A DNA stretch of 64,000 nt, taken from NCBI GenBank assembly GCA_003693705.1, contig RBZT01000853.1, positions 209 to 64,208 on the forward strand, written 5' to 3'. The translations under genes were made by a program, and so were the position numbers. Positions 11,801 to 25,641 of this stretch are shown here, piece by piece (position 1 is the first letter of the stretch; every line of letters starts with the position of its first letter). The notes under the pieces are model-generated. The model saw nothing but the letters and a program-made list of their open reading frames with translations. It searched no databases and was not told where the DNA came from. Source of the DNA: Polymyxa betae A26-41. Taxonomy: Eukaryota; Protista; Endomyxa: Phytomyxea.

Positions 11801-14728
11801 CGTTATAATCACAAAATATGATACCGTTGAGGTAGAAGCCACAGCAGCTCCAGCAGCTACATTGACAGTGAAAGGGCTTCCAGATATATGCGATCCACCG
11901 ATCTAATCAACGTTTATCTCATAGCGATATATAGAAATTCAGTAATCAAACCTGTACGGACAGCGAACAGGAAGATCCTTTAGTCGTGGGGGTGTACGAC
12001 ACAGAATAGATTCCTGCGCCAAGCCAAGACGACAATCCAGTTACCGACCTAAAATCGGCTTACGGTTGGTGTCTCAATGGGATGATCTCAGAGAATTTCT
12101 ACCCGCAATTCAGCGTTGTTACGATAGTTGCAGAATCAGTTGCTATTAGGTTTGACTGCGAATCGCGAACAGAAACATTAAACGTCTGCTGAACACCTAG
12201 AAGCAAAGACTAAGCGATGGCCATTCAAACATGGCGGTACATACCTGACACAGCATTTGAAAGTGATGGTCCTGTTGCAGTCGAAGTTGAAGCAACAGCA
12301 GGTCCAGGAGATACCGTCACCGTATATGGATTCCCACTAATATTAAAACCCCCTGATTGTACTACCATCGTATATCTATAAAATCAGTCACCTTACAAAT
12401 GAAAAGGGATGTGAGCACTTACACTCCTACCAGGGTTGGAGTGTACAGAGCTGTGTACACACCGGACCCAATATGAGAAATTGAGTCTTGTGCCAAACTT
12501 GCAGGGCCTGTCAATGCCAATGTAAAAGTGACACTGCCACCACCTGTTGTAAGCTGGTTGCCGAATTCGTCACGAGCGGTGATTGAAAATGAGGACTGCA
12601 CTCCTGCAACAGCAGTTGTGGATGGTGTAGCCGTACAGCTGAAGTCTGAGCTCAGAAGCTTATCCGTTTCAAAGTCACAGCAGGAACTTACTTTGCAATG
12701 CTGACAGAACCAACAGCAACAGTTACGGAAAATGAACCAGAAGAAGTCAAGATAGGTGTAGTCCCAATTTTAACAGCCACTGTCAGTGAGCCGCTAGACA
12801 TGATTAAACAGAAAGCCAGCAACAAGCAGACATGAATTAAACCTGATTGTTGGCGTGTAATAAACTTGATAGAGCCCATTGCTTAGATATGTCACACCAG
12901 CTGACGGAGCATTCGTTCCCGATAATGTCACTTTGACGGGATCGGTTCCCCCTGTGACATTGTTGGAGTACATATCACGAGCCTGATACAGCTTCAGTTC
13001 AACAAATGACATGTCAAACGATCCCGACCTGGATCCAGAAAGTCGCTGATACACCAACGGAAGCCAACGTTAATCCTGGACCATATGCAATAGAATTACC
13101 TGTTAAGCGTCAATCTTAATTGTTGCTGAATTTGGAATTGTTACCAGGAGAAGTCGCGGCAGGAGCACAAGAGACAGAAAACGGACTTCCAACAATGTGA
13201 AGACCGCCTAGCTTGACGGCAAGATAATAGGATCCAGTAGTATAGGTACTCCAAGAACCATTATATGTGGATCCAGATACATACGAAATGGAGGTATTTA
13301 CAGACCCGGGACCGGTCCCAGTAATAGACCAGACAGCGTTCGATGATTGAGCAGTTAACGGGTTTCCAAATTGATCCTGTGAATGTTTAAGCACAAACCC
13401 AAGGATAACGAATCACTTGTTACCTGGGCGGTAATCGAAAAATAATTCCCAGTTGATGCTGTACCGGCTGTGATTGGAGATAGAAGTCCTGTTCCAGACG
13501 CTGAAGTCTTCAAATTGCTTGGAGGATCTCCTTCTTTAAGCACGATTCCTTTGAAAGGCGAATTGGCAATCTGGAGTAATCCATTAACAGAAATCTCTCA
13601 TTCGTACTCAGCAATGTACTTGATCAATGTTATACAAAGCTGTTGCAGGAATCACGTCTTTAGCGACAGATGGTGCAGACCACATTAAGTCGATATTAGC
13701 ACTTCCGGTGACCTTGTGATAATATCTCAGAGACAACGGCAACGTGTAACAGCGCGACAAACCTCGCGGTAATCAATCTTGATATCGTGAAGGAAGTTTG
13801 CGGTTAAAGCAACGTTGGCCCATGATTCGTTGCAACAAGTATCCCACTTATCGATAACCAGACGTCTGTCAAGCCATAATCGAACGCCATCATCTGCTGT
13901 GACATAAAGAGTGTATGTCTATAAGTGTAGATTTCCTTAACTTCTGGACACTGATCAACAAACAACATCAGACCTGTGAATACGAAGGTTTGAGTTTGCC
14001 CTCCCATCTGATGGAGACATAATCGACTCCATAAGTAGTCAGCGCTCCCAAGCCCCAATCGAATGAAATTGTCGGGTCAATTCGGTTTATCGCAGGTGAG
14101 TTTAAAAACCACATGTTGTCGTAATATTTGCCTCGTAAGCCACCGACATTAGCAAGTCCTTAGAATCTCTGTAAGGACACTGCCGAGTTTCCAAGTAAAA
14201 AGACTCTACCAATGCTTAAGTCGTAAGTTCCTGCTACTTCAGGATCATACACAGCCGTATATGTTCCATCAGAATTATCTTTTACTGTTCCGACAACCCA
14301 GTTTGGTCCATTAGAGACCTAAATTTCATCAATACGTTGAAAACAAACATCGATATTTCATACAGAGATACGGCTTGATGACAGACAAGATTTCGAAGCT
14401 ACGTTTGGAGAAGTGTAAGGTGAACAAGATGATTGGCAAGAGGCCGTGAAAGAATTGGCATCGCAAGATGCATTGGTCGTATATAGTTCGGCAACGAACA
14501 GGTCGCCTCCAACGCCCGTATTAACATTCACGCTGGTCTTGGCTGTAATCGTCACTTGTCGATTAGCCTGTGTCGAATTAACCCTTGATGGATTCGTCTA
14601 CATGGATCTCAGCAGGGCCTAAGCAGTTATATCTGTGAACCTACAGCAGCTGTGGCTGTCGAGCTAGGCCCATAAGTGGTAGCTTCTACAACAGTACTTA
14701 AAACAAAAATGACGCAGATTATAATCAT
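8827..14728 (-). CDS. Large secreted PA14-domain and filamin/Ig-like repeat protein
   Basis: Signal-like N-terminus MIIICVIFVLSTVVEA. Three PA14-like segments: IDPTISFDWG...YVSIRWEG...TADDGVRLW (~13650-14150), FSVRWTG (~10860-11470) and GLLGEYF...IDKFVDFQWG (~8870-9380). Many filamin motifs: FSITARDEFGN, D.G.GSYTVSYTP, HI.GSPF.V. Confidence 0.85.
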
Positions 14729-14999
14729 CAGCAGATGGAGTTTTAAAATTGAGATCCGAGGTGATGTAAGCTGCAGACAAGAAGCAGCCCGAGTTTGGTC
14801 ATACTGCAGCCTCCTTTATGGGAGTTGTAATAACGATGTAACCAAATGTTTACTATAGATAGTGGTTTTATAGGTGTCGCAGCCTCGCTACACATGAACA
14901 TTACTTTTTGAGGTTTCCTATCGAGGATTCATATCATGTTAATTCGATAAGCAGGTTTGCTGAGATATTGGATCCAATTCAATGTCACCTGCACAGTGG

Positions 15000-16778
15000 T
15001 GATCTTCACTTAGATATCCAATAATCTGCCTTTAACCGCTTTTAAGCGGAATAAGTCTATACAGACAAATCGTTGCAGTTAATATTGACACAGGCCAACT
15101 TGGGAAATTGACTGAGTTCTTTATTTTGATATATCTCGAAACTGCATAAATGGAAATTAGCACATTATTGACACGTTTCAACTTCATCGTTGTCTCCTAA
15201 AACTGCATGAAAATTATTACGTAAAGTTGGAAATTATCTTAAATTACCGAATCCACTTCACAAATTGACATACACAGCTTCCAACCAAAACTGTGCAGAG
15301 AGTCATTCCTAAATGCAAAAATGTGAGGCAGGTTATGGCGGACCCTCTTGCCATAAGTTCGGGAACGATTCTGAAGAGAGAATAAATAAGATTCTAAGAA
15401 CAACAAGAACTCATAGTAGTGTTACGTGCTGGCGAGAGTCATCACCGCGCTACGGCCCAGAGCTGGCATCAATAAAACAGCAAGAGCACCGGCCCAATAT
15501 GATTGAAAGTAGAGAGCATAGAATAATACCACTGGAAATACCTGAAAACGACTCTCAGAGCGGCAAAACAGAATCAGATTTCGGAACGAACAGCGAAATC
15601 GGTCATACTGTTCGTGAGCCGATTTAAGAAATCGACCCGCTGAACGATAAAATCTAGGGCCAGAATTCCGGCTTGACATATAAGAAGGATAATGTGCACG
15701 ATCAAGGCAAACAAGGTCGGGATAAGCATCGATAACACTATCAATGTAAAGATCCAAGAATGCCTTAGAAAATGTTAAAACGAAACAAATGGGAATGGGA
15801 ACAGATTACCAAGCAAAATAGAGTAGAACCAGCCTCAAAGCTATTGATACCAGTGAATGAAAAACATGTAAAGGGCGGATGTCTTCTGCAGGGACATAAT
15901 CCTAAAGAAAAATTCAAAATCGATTTGGAGATGGAAGATCTGTGCGACCTTCAGAATTAGCAATAAATAGGGCACGAATGACACCCATCTAATCAGAGAT
16001 GCGTGTGGGCTCCAGTAGCTTAACGAATATAGCATCATGTTCGTCATCAAAGAGAGAATACGTTCAGGGCTGTTGGAGAACATTGGTTCGTAAAGATCAA
16101 CCGGAATAAGCCATAGCTAAATGAAGCAATCAATTCCAGCTCTATTCATGCACGACTTCGAGAAAACCTTCCGTCCTGTGAAAACACCCAGAGCGATGCT
16201 AAACGATATGATGGAGAATGCTTTGAATAAATAACCGGAATATGGGCTTAATAATGACCAGGAAAAGAGAAATAAGACTAGAAGGGCGCTGGAATGATAT
16301 CTGATAAATTAAGTTGTAAAACGCGATAACTTCAATCTGCAAGCGCTCAATTCACCTATAATAAGCTTCCACCAAGTGCCTATAGTTTTGATTTAAGTGA
16401 GGACAACAGTTAGACCTTACAACTTACTTATCTAGTACCTGAAGAAACGCTAACGATGGAGATGGGAAATCAGCCGGTAACGGGATTTCTGAAGTCTAAG
16501 CAGGGAAATTCAGTTCAGTATATCGATGTACCATATTGCCTACAGATGGATGCAGTCCAGCTACGAAGAGCATTCTGATATTAGTTGCATAGTTGGGGTC
16601 GTTAAGAAGCACTTCGATTTTCGCACGAGTTTCTTCAGGTACTATACGACACCTATTGAAATTTGGCTATACAACAACGGAATAATTACCATTGGTCATT
16701 CGAAATAATGTCATCAGAATTTCATCTGCAGTCACGTCCAGGATATGAAACTTCTCGAAACGGCTCAGCATCGGCCAT
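15000..16778 (-). CDS. Hypothetical multi-pass membrane protein
   Basis: Several hydrophobic exons (15841-16083, 15422-15757 and flanking) with GT-AG introns. Probable ATG at 16778. The 3' end is approximate. Confidence 0.4.
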
Positions 16779-17617
16779 AGCCAACGGATCTGAGCACAAA
16801 CTGCTCAGAAAAACGGTCGGAACGTCGAGCAAGAATCATACCTCCTTTTCACCGCCACCGATAACGAAACATGTCTGTTGATCGTTTTCACATTCACGGA
16901 CGGACGCTTCTAAACGACAAGTTTAGGCAGATTACCGTATATCGCATTCGGCGCTTAATATACGGCTTGGTTTATCAGACGACGCCGCAGAGCTTGTCGT
17001 TGAGTGCTTATTTCGCCTTGGGGGAGGTCGACGGGGCGGCATCGAGCCTAATAGTGAAATCGATCTGGCCTGGGACCGGTTTTAATTTCCCGGGGCTTTA
17101 TTATTACTCCGGGAATGAACGTTAGGCGTTAGCTGCAATATGGAGATAGGCTGACAGCTTCAAACTGCCGACACCAAATGTCACCCAAGCTGAGGCTACA
17201 GTCTGATAATATGGTGTATCAGTATAATCTCTGCTTTCAGTATTGGAGACAGGAAGAGTGGGATTTTACACTGGCCGCAATAGTGTCAAGAGCTGATAGG
17301 CGTCGAAGTTCAACAGCCTCTATAATCATGACGAAGAGTAGTGAACATTTCAAGTTTGCATAAATCACCCACGATTGGCGAGTAGAAACGATTCTCCAAT
17401 CGAATCGTTTCCTTGGCTATAGGTTTGGAATAGTAGTGCGTTGTGAAAGGAACCCTGCTATATTGCCACGATTGGTTATAGCTTGGTTAAACCGATCCGA
17501 GATATCCATACAAACATACGAAATCCACAAAGGAATCTTATTCGTTGAAACGTTTCTTCCGACGTCCGAGGAGGACTAAGAGGAGAGTCTGATAATGCGT
17601 TCACCCTCATTTAACTT

Positions 17618-18171
17618 ATGATAGCAATGTCTTTCGCCAGTCATCTCAATTTAAGCCGGCGCCTGTTCTCTGGGATGGCGTCAGAAGCGGCACAGGCTGC
17701 CAGTTCGGCAGCACGCGAAGTTGGCGAAAAGGCTGCCAGAGTCGGGAGTGCTTCTGGCGAGCGGGCCGCGAAGATTGGCGGTTCGTGGCGCGAGCGGGTC
17801 GGTTATTTCATGGCTGGCGTTGCTGTCACTGCAATTTTTGGCTACGTTCGTATTCAGGTATGTTTTTCTGAGAAGATAATAGCCACGTCTTGCTTCGAGC
17901 AAACTTTCCGCATTGTGCTGTTGCCATTAAGAATTTTCACTTTGCTTGGTTGGTTTCAACCATTATAAACCTGGCTTGTTTTTTAATTCTTTGTTAAAAG
18001 AGATTAGATTCCACTGATTGCCTTTTTCTGAGTTATGATGGCATTCGGATTACGTTGAACTTAATCAAACACTAGGATGACGTATGGGGCTCAGCGTCGC
18101 GAATTGAAGATTCTATATCCTCGCTGAAGTCCCGGGTAAAATTATTGGAAAAGATCGCCTCCACCAAATAA
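17618..18171 (+). CDS. Small single-TM protein with mitochondrial-type presequence and C-terminal coiled coil
   Basis: Exon 1 (to 17857): MSFASHLNLSRRLFS...RERVGYFMAGVAVTAIFGYVRIQ. Exon 2 (18076-18171): DDVWGSASRIEDSISSLKSRVKLLEK. Confidence 0.65.
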
Positions 18172-18731
18172 CAATCGCATGCTTATTGTCAATATAGTAA
18201 TTTTAAAGTGCAGCTTCATTTGATTCTGCTATCTCTGCTTTAGGACTATCATCAGTGAGTTTTCCCGGGCTCAAGCAGATGACTGCACCACGTCCACGTT
18301 TGCTTGTGTGAATGCAGCTCACGTGCCGTAATGGTGAGAGACCCTTGCATCGCTATGTCTCAGGGTCTGACGAACCGATCCGATTCTACAACTTTTTTCG
18401 AAAAACAACAACCCGCTTGCGATTTTATTGATGCATAGACAAGTTACGCACAGCAAACTGAGGTCAGTTCGTCTCATATGCAATCCAAAGTCGGCGAACT
18501 GCCACAGCCGTAGGCATCCCTTCACGTATGAATACCATGAATTTAGGCATGGACGTTGACTCAATCTATTTGCAGTTGGATGCTGACTTTCCTGCCAACA
18601 TCTAAACATTTTATCTACCAACTGTCCATGTTCTGTATTATCTAGGCCTAATCAACTCAGCGGATGCAATGTATGGTTTGGAAGTTCCATCTATTTATCG
18701 CCAGAAAAAGCGTCGGTCGAGTGGTCATTTC

Positions 18732-18953
18732 TTAGAGCTTGATGAGTGGATGACAGTTCACATGAGCTTTGTTAGCGCTGAGCTCTTTATGAAGTGACTG
18801 AGCGGCTGCTTCCTCATCGAATATCAACGTGATATGTTTGCCATCGCCTTTGTCGTATTTCGTTGGGGTGTGGCCCTTGTTGCCACGAATTGCTTGTCGC
18901 AGTTGTTCGGCCCCAGTGTCGTCCAGAACGTCAACCTTCAACTGAAATGGCAT
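18732..18953 (-). CDS. Small hypothetical protein (73 aa)
   Basis: Intronless ATG-started ORF with globular composition, in otherwise non-coding DNA. Confidence 0.5.
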   Translation of the reverse strand: MPFQLKVDVLDDTGAEQLRQAIRGNKGHTPTKYDKGDGKHITLIFDEEAAAQSLHKELSANKAHVNCHPLIKL

Positions 18954-19952
18954 CCTGGATCACGATCAAATCAAATGTTGAATGAAATCATAACGTGGGC
19001 TGGCTCCCACCAAACCTTCTAGATATTTTGGAACGATCGCAATTTGGATCAGATTGATGAGCTGTACCTAGTCGAAACTGATTGATTATCAGAGATATTC
19101 TCCGATCTCGATTCTCGCACGAATAAGATAAATAACGAAATTAAAGTTCACCCTGACTCTAAAGCATTCGAACCAGAGCACCCGTTGCCATCTGTTCGGA
19201 CCGATATGCTAAACATCGAACACGAGAGACACATTATTTTTTACGCTTCTTGTGTGTAGGCAGCGGGTCTGACCCTGGATGCAATTCGGATAATCTATAA
19301 ACGCATGGTGCCTGTTCTTTCCCTTTATATGAAGCTTGTTCCGTTTCAAAATGCTACTTGCTGGAAAGTTTGAGTTTGAGAAGTTTGAAAAGATGATCGT
19401 TGTGATCTGCAGACTGAAGCAATATTTTTTTGTTTGAAAATGGTTCCATCTATATAATTGCTTGCAAATTACAGTACTAAAATGCTGCTGAGACCTAATC
19501 GCATCCTAGTGTGTAAAAAATAGAAACTTGACACGCGATCATTTCCATCTTAAAATAGAGTATGGCCTGGACGTTTTTCTTAAGCTTGCGAAAATGTCAG
19601 TACCAAATGGGTATTTCCAAGAGCATCGCGCCGTTCATCTTGAACAACAGGCATTCTTCACAATTAAGCATACTACCCAACGACGAATCACTCTTGTGAT
19701 GATCCTAATCTTCGCAATCTCTCTACTGGTTCTCTATCACGGTCAATCTAAAAGGCTGCAATCCTGTTTTTAGAGCGACGGCCACCAATCCAGCGACTTT
19801 TGAACAAATAAGCTCTCAAACAAGCGTTGAACTTTCTATATATATCAAGGCAATATCAAGTACACATTATACTGAGTTGTGAAAGCAATAGTTCGCTGTA
19901 TATTGACTGAGGATAGCTAACAAATCCAAAACCCATGTTTTATGCAGCAAGC

Positions 19953-21511
19953 TTAATACTTGTAATTTGCTTGATATAAGCTTGCGCTGGCGGAAGCAGA
20001 GTCCTGCCCACCAAATTTGCCAGTAGATGCCTCACTGTTGGATTGAGCTCTGAACAGCAGCGCTTTCTGCGCAGCAACAACGTTTTCTTTTTTGCCAGCC
20101 CAAGTCTTCAGAACAGTTGCTTGTAAGGCACGGCCGTAAGAGAACGTCAACGCCCCTACGACAATGTGATTAAGTCAAAAGGAAACTACACCTAACGTAA
20201 AATACGCACATGGCCTGACTAGGTCAACTTTGTTCATTTCATTCAAATGCTGAGTTGCTTCAGCTTCAGACTGGCCCCCGGACAAGAAAGTAATGCCCGG
20301 GACAGCAGCTGGAACGGTACGTCGCAAAACCAACACGGTAGCCTGAAGAAGGCAGCGTACATGTCAACTAGAGAATTACCATGGCAACAGAACGACTAAC
20401 CATTGCAATTTGTTCAGGGGTATACTTGATCTTACATTGCTCTCCAGGGCAAACCATGCTAAACAGTATGGGATCAATGTGGAGGGAATTTTTCCAGATT
20501 GTAGTACTTAGGCTTCAGCAGCGTCCCTTCCAAGAAAACGTTGTGTTCAGCAAGAGCAGCATATACTACAGAAAGAACAGTAGATGTTACATTCATGGCA
20601 GTGATCTAGAAGATTACATAAATCGTCAAATCGCATCGTGATTACATGCAAAACCAACCAGGTCATGATCTCCATCCATTAGAATTTCCGGTTCAACGAT
20701 TGGAACCAATCCGTTTGCCTGGAAGCATTTACTTTCAACTAAACCAAAGCTGGGTATGCAGGCATACCTGACAAATGCTGGCATAACGAGCCAAAACATT
20801 GGCATTTTCCAGAATAGCAAGCTTGGAAGGGCAACCCTTGCCAATCTTTAAAACACATCGCCTTTACAAGTGTCAACCGACTTGACAGCAATTATCGAAT
20901 ATGATACCATTTGGCGAAACGCGCACCAGCATTGTAATACTTTTGGCAGCGTTGAGCCAAGTCATCGAGACCTTGAGTAGTAGTTTCGCTATCGGTCCCC
21001 AGAAGCTCAACGGTGCCCTTTTAAGAAGTCACGTACAGCCAGGTTTCCAGATCGTCAGCAATACCTTATCAACTTTGATACCGACAACAATGCCAAGCTG
21101 CTTCAACACTTCAGAGAATGGCTTGCCATCGGCCGTTTTCTGAAACAGCGTCTCTTCATACAAGATTGCACCGCCAAGAAACTTTCCTATTTCTAAAAAA
21201 AACTAAGATGAAGCGGTAAACAGGAGCAATGCTGGGAACGACCTGCACCGGCAGTAAACAGAAGCTCGCGATAAGCGCGGCGATTCTCTTCAGTATTTTC
21301 GACCTTGATGCCATCGAACCGCTTCCCTATAATTAACTTGAGTGGAGTAGGAAAAGCAATACATACAGTAAGGCAAACCAATTGTGCCGGTAGATTCATC
21401 AGCAGCCAAAATCCCTTTGCCTGGTGACACAATCGCTTTGGCCGTAGCCATGAGCTCTTCTCCAAACTTGAGGTAGGCAGGATATTTGGGAACATGAGCA
21501 GTGGTAGACAT
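19953..21511 (-). CDS. FBA: Fructose-bisphosphate aldolase, class I
   Basis: [70 protein letters not shown], and C-terminal Y.Y. Confidence 0.98.
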
Positions 21512-21758
21512 TGTATAGGTTGATACTCGATAGAAAGAGAGCTAGCCGGGATTAACCTTTAGGAGAGTGACCGAACCGGAGGGAGGAATTTGTGAGATTT
21601 AAGTGGGCCTAAGTTGCGCTACCCTTCTAGAAGCCCTAACTACAACAACCCATGAACATGAACCATGAACATGACACACTTGGTGCAACAGTCCAACATG
21701 ACCGTCATCCACTTCATATTGAATTGTTCCGCTTTCACAATTAAGCATTTGGAATTTA

Positions 21759-23896
21759 TTATCTGTCATTATCGGTTAGAATCACGGGTTTCTTGCTTTC
21801 AGAGCATGGGCACAATCGAATCGCGCCAGGTTGCCTGGCGGAGCAATCGGAATTTTGCGAATTGGCAAAACACGTTCCTTCTGATACACCAGAGGAAAGT
21901 GCACCAACGTCAGAACTGATTGGCCAACGATGATATCGCGGATTCGTAGGGCTGCTGTCGACTGTCCTTGAAAGATATCAGCTGGTCAGCAGTTTATTAA
22001 CTGCATTGATTCTTACCATGCATTGCGTTCGCAGGGAAACACCAGCTCCATGAAATAAGCTACATATATTAATGAAAGCGATTTATAAATGCTTCAAGCG
22101 ATCCTACCATCGGCAACGCTCTCGAACCTATCCGAGGCGCATTCCATATGCTTAGCTCTACAAGCGTCATCACATGAAGCGTTTTCTTCACTAACGGTAG
22201 GAACGATTCCAGAAAGCGGAGTAGCCCTTAGGCTTGGAGGTAGAAAAACGCACGTGCGTGCATTAGCAATTAACAATTTGGCGGTATTAGGCAGTGTCAG
22301 TTCAAGAATTCCTAGGAACATCAGCAACGTAGCATACCATGCAGACCACCGCTATTACCTCTGTAAAATGAACGCTGTTCTGAAAAATCGTATAAGAAGA
22401 TCACTTCCTGAAGAGACTGATATTCTTTTTTGTTCTGAAAAACAGTCTATCGACAGACTAAGTTAAATGCAGAAGCGCACCCGATTGGGAATGTTACAAG
22501 AAATGTCCTGTCTTCATCGCCTTGATTTATTGGTAGTGTTCCATTTACCAACTTTCTTATTGTTTCTGTATCGTATGGGCTCAAAACTTTGGCCCGAAGG
22601 ACGATTTCAGACAGGCGTTGATCATACGCTGGACGCAACAGGGACTGAAGTGATGTGTATTCAACTGGATCTTTGCTCTGCAGACGCTTCAGTTGGACAT
22701 TGCTATACACTCAGCAGGTTATTTACCTCATAAAATGAATCGGATGGTAGCATTGATACGCTTAAATTGACATTATAATCAGATTCGCCCAATTTGTGTT
22801 TGTTGCAGTTAACGCCAATGCGGCCAATGTGTCGTATTCGATTTACTTCCGGTGCAATGCAGATACGGCCACGACTGACTGCACTGGATCTGTTTGACAT
22901 GAATGCTTTTCATATATACAAGCAGGCAATGCCTTACCTTAGCCACCAATCGAAGTGATCAGTTGGCCACATCAGAGACAGTTCCTGCCAGAATGATTTC
23001 TTCAGCATCCAGCCACTAAAAATGAACAACTCTTCAGATAACCGCACTGTTTTTAAAACTGAACTTACAGTCCTGGAAAGAAGCTTGTTCGAAACAGCCG
23101 AGTTGGATCAACGGCTACATCCTTTCTGCCTACATCATTGTGGGCAGAAATGCACATGGCTCTGATATGTACAAAAATGATTAAAAGTGAACTCAAGTAA
23201 ATCAGTGATAATACCTTCCATCCATGTCTAATATGTCAGATGTATGCCGAAAATACGAAAGGAAGTCATTTGTGACCAGTAGGTCGTCTTCAAGTATAAT
23301 GACATGACTGAATCCTTCTTCGAAGAAGAGCCTATCGAGGGTCCATTTATAATGTTTTGCTAAATTCACGGTAGAGGACTACAAGAATAGATCAGTTTTG
23401 TTTTCAAGAGTTGTGAGCTCGTAGACCGTTTGATCATAGTTGGATCGTGGTCTTTGCCAGTGCGTGATTTCATTCCGGTATCGGCTGGCAACTTCTTCAA
23501 CGCCTTTGTCGTAACCATCTTGGGAAAGGTAAAGGCTTACAGTTGACAATTGGGCCTTTGGTAGGCTGAGCAGCTGTTTTAACACAGGCTCCAAATACCA
23601 GGGCCTATTACAAGCGATAATAACCACAGCCCAAGGGTTCCGAGTTCGGCTAAAAAAAATCCCAGTAGAATTGGAGATCATGGAGATTGAGAGCAACTTC
23701 AGCCAAAGTTAATTTTGATTCTTCAGAAAGCGATTTTTACCTGAGCGCATAATACCACAACAATCAACACAATCACCAATAGGATCAATAATCTGCTTGA
23801 CCGCAGTCGATCGCCATTATCTGGGCTGAATGTGGCTAATGATCCAAGCAATGCTGCCGATGATTGTCTGCTGATTTCTTTGCCTCGGCGGAACAT
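21759..23896 (-). CDS. GT13 N-acetylglucosaminyltransferase (GnT-I/POMGnT1-like), type II membrane protein
   Basis: N-terminal TM (LLILLVIVLIVVLCA), then IIACNRP, LSQDG, LAKHYKWTL, IILEDDL, FFPG, and CIAPEVNRIRHIG. Cys-rich C-terminal extension. Confidence 0.88.
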
Positions 23897-24444
23897 TAAT
23901 CACTATTTTACATACAAAGGTGTCTGGCCTATTAGTGCACAACGTTGCTATTACTGTAGACTAACGTTACAGTTGGGCTGCAACATTCAATATTCTTTAT
24001 GGCGGATAGAACTTTAATGAGGATGGAACATTTCGGTCACTTCAAGTTCGGTCGCATCATTTTGCCAACATCTCCCGAAAGCTCGTCTGGATTAATTCGG
24101 AGGTGATGTATCAATCGGTAAGCGGTGGCGATTCCGACGGCGTGCCCAGTTGGAGCTGGTCGTGTTCACAGAACGCATCCAGGGCTTCGATTGAAAATTC
24201 ATTCTCGATCACGTAAATCAGTATCAGGACAGCAGAATACGCTTAATCATGGATCAGAACGATTCACATCCCATCTCAGAAAATGAATGCCGATAAGCTA
24301 AATGAATGATCTCGAACGATTATTTGAATGCTGTTCTTATGCAAAGCATGACTTCAACTATAGCAGGATGTGTGACCAGCAGTATTCTCTTTCAGAAACC
24401 AGATTGAGCTCGGCAAACCTCAGAACGCGATAGTCTCATTTGCA

Positions 24445-25353
24445 ATGTCCTGGAAATCATTTCTGCAAATCGACAGAATCGAACCATTGCGTTTGTTAGA
24501 GTCCCCATTTATTTCAATCACTGCACTCGGGGTGCTACGTCTGTTTCTCCTGCTCATTGATATCTATGTGATTTCATTGACTGGAATACTTCAAGGCGGT
24601 GTGACATATTTCGTTTACGCCACAAACTGGTCTGCTATCTTGAATTTATGGTGAATGCTTCGTGGCGATTTGGAATCAAGCATTAACATCTTATAGGTAT
24701 CTGTACCTAGCTACAATCTTGACCTGGCGAAACATTCTCGGGTATGATTCTGAAAAAGACTCCAAATTCATTAACTTGGCTTATATATCGCAAGAGGTTG
24801 CATTACCTGCCTCTCTCATGGTCGTGGTAGGTAATCAAATCAATTACGATACTTGTTTTATCCTCATTCATATCGTCTTTCATGTGTTTCTTGTTCACTG
24901 AGCATTGTGACACATTCCGTGAATGAACTGCTCTTTTAGGCATTGTACTGGACCGCTATCAATCCCAGAGCGGAATTCCCCGATGCAATTAATGAGGTGT
25001 CCTCGATCCAGAACCACGCAGGCTCGTGTGCTTTAGTTCTGATCGACTTCACTTTCAGTGAAATGCGGTTCATTCCTGTTCATATTGTTTTGGACATGAT
25101 CTTCATGTTGGCGTATCTTCCAGTAAATGCTGCCTATTCGCTTACTGTCCAGCCAGTGTATTCAGTCATGACATGGCGCGCTTGGGGAACTGCAGTTTTC
25201 ATCGCTGCCGCTTGCATTGCAATTGCCGTATTTTACGTGATGCTTTGGGGATTTTCAAAGCTTAAGACGAAGACCTTAAGGAGTGGTGCAATCGCTAATA
25301 ATTTGCATATGGTCGCCGTTCAATACGAAATGCAAGCCGCCCGACCCGAATAA
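24445..25353 (+). CDS. FAR-17a/AIG1 / rolling-stone-like polytopic membrane protein
   Basis: YFVYATNW (Thr motif), LYWT, QNHA (His motif), PVYSVMTW. About 6 TM segments in 3 exons. Confidence 0.75.
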
Positions 25354-25641
25354 TATTATCCAGATCTAATTATTGAAAATTTCAAGCTAGCAATCTAACC
25401 CAATTCTATCTAGTTTAATACAGCTAACAAGTACTCAAAACGAACCTGAAGGCAGCTGCAGAGTAAAAAATTACACTGCAATTGGAAACTCGATTCATGT
25501 TTTTACAAATCTGAATACAATTCCAAGAGCAACGTGTTGATTGCAATCATTTGAGCAAATACAGCGGAAAACTAATCTGCGTGCGGACTCCGTGATCGAT
25601 TTCGAATCGTTGCTTATTTCTAATTTGAGTTGAACATTTCG

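Noticed and set aside
16950-17130. RNase MRP or snRNA gene
   Set aside because: GGGGCTTTA resembles the MRP 3' motif, but the 5' GAAAGTCCCC partner and any snRNA signature are absent.
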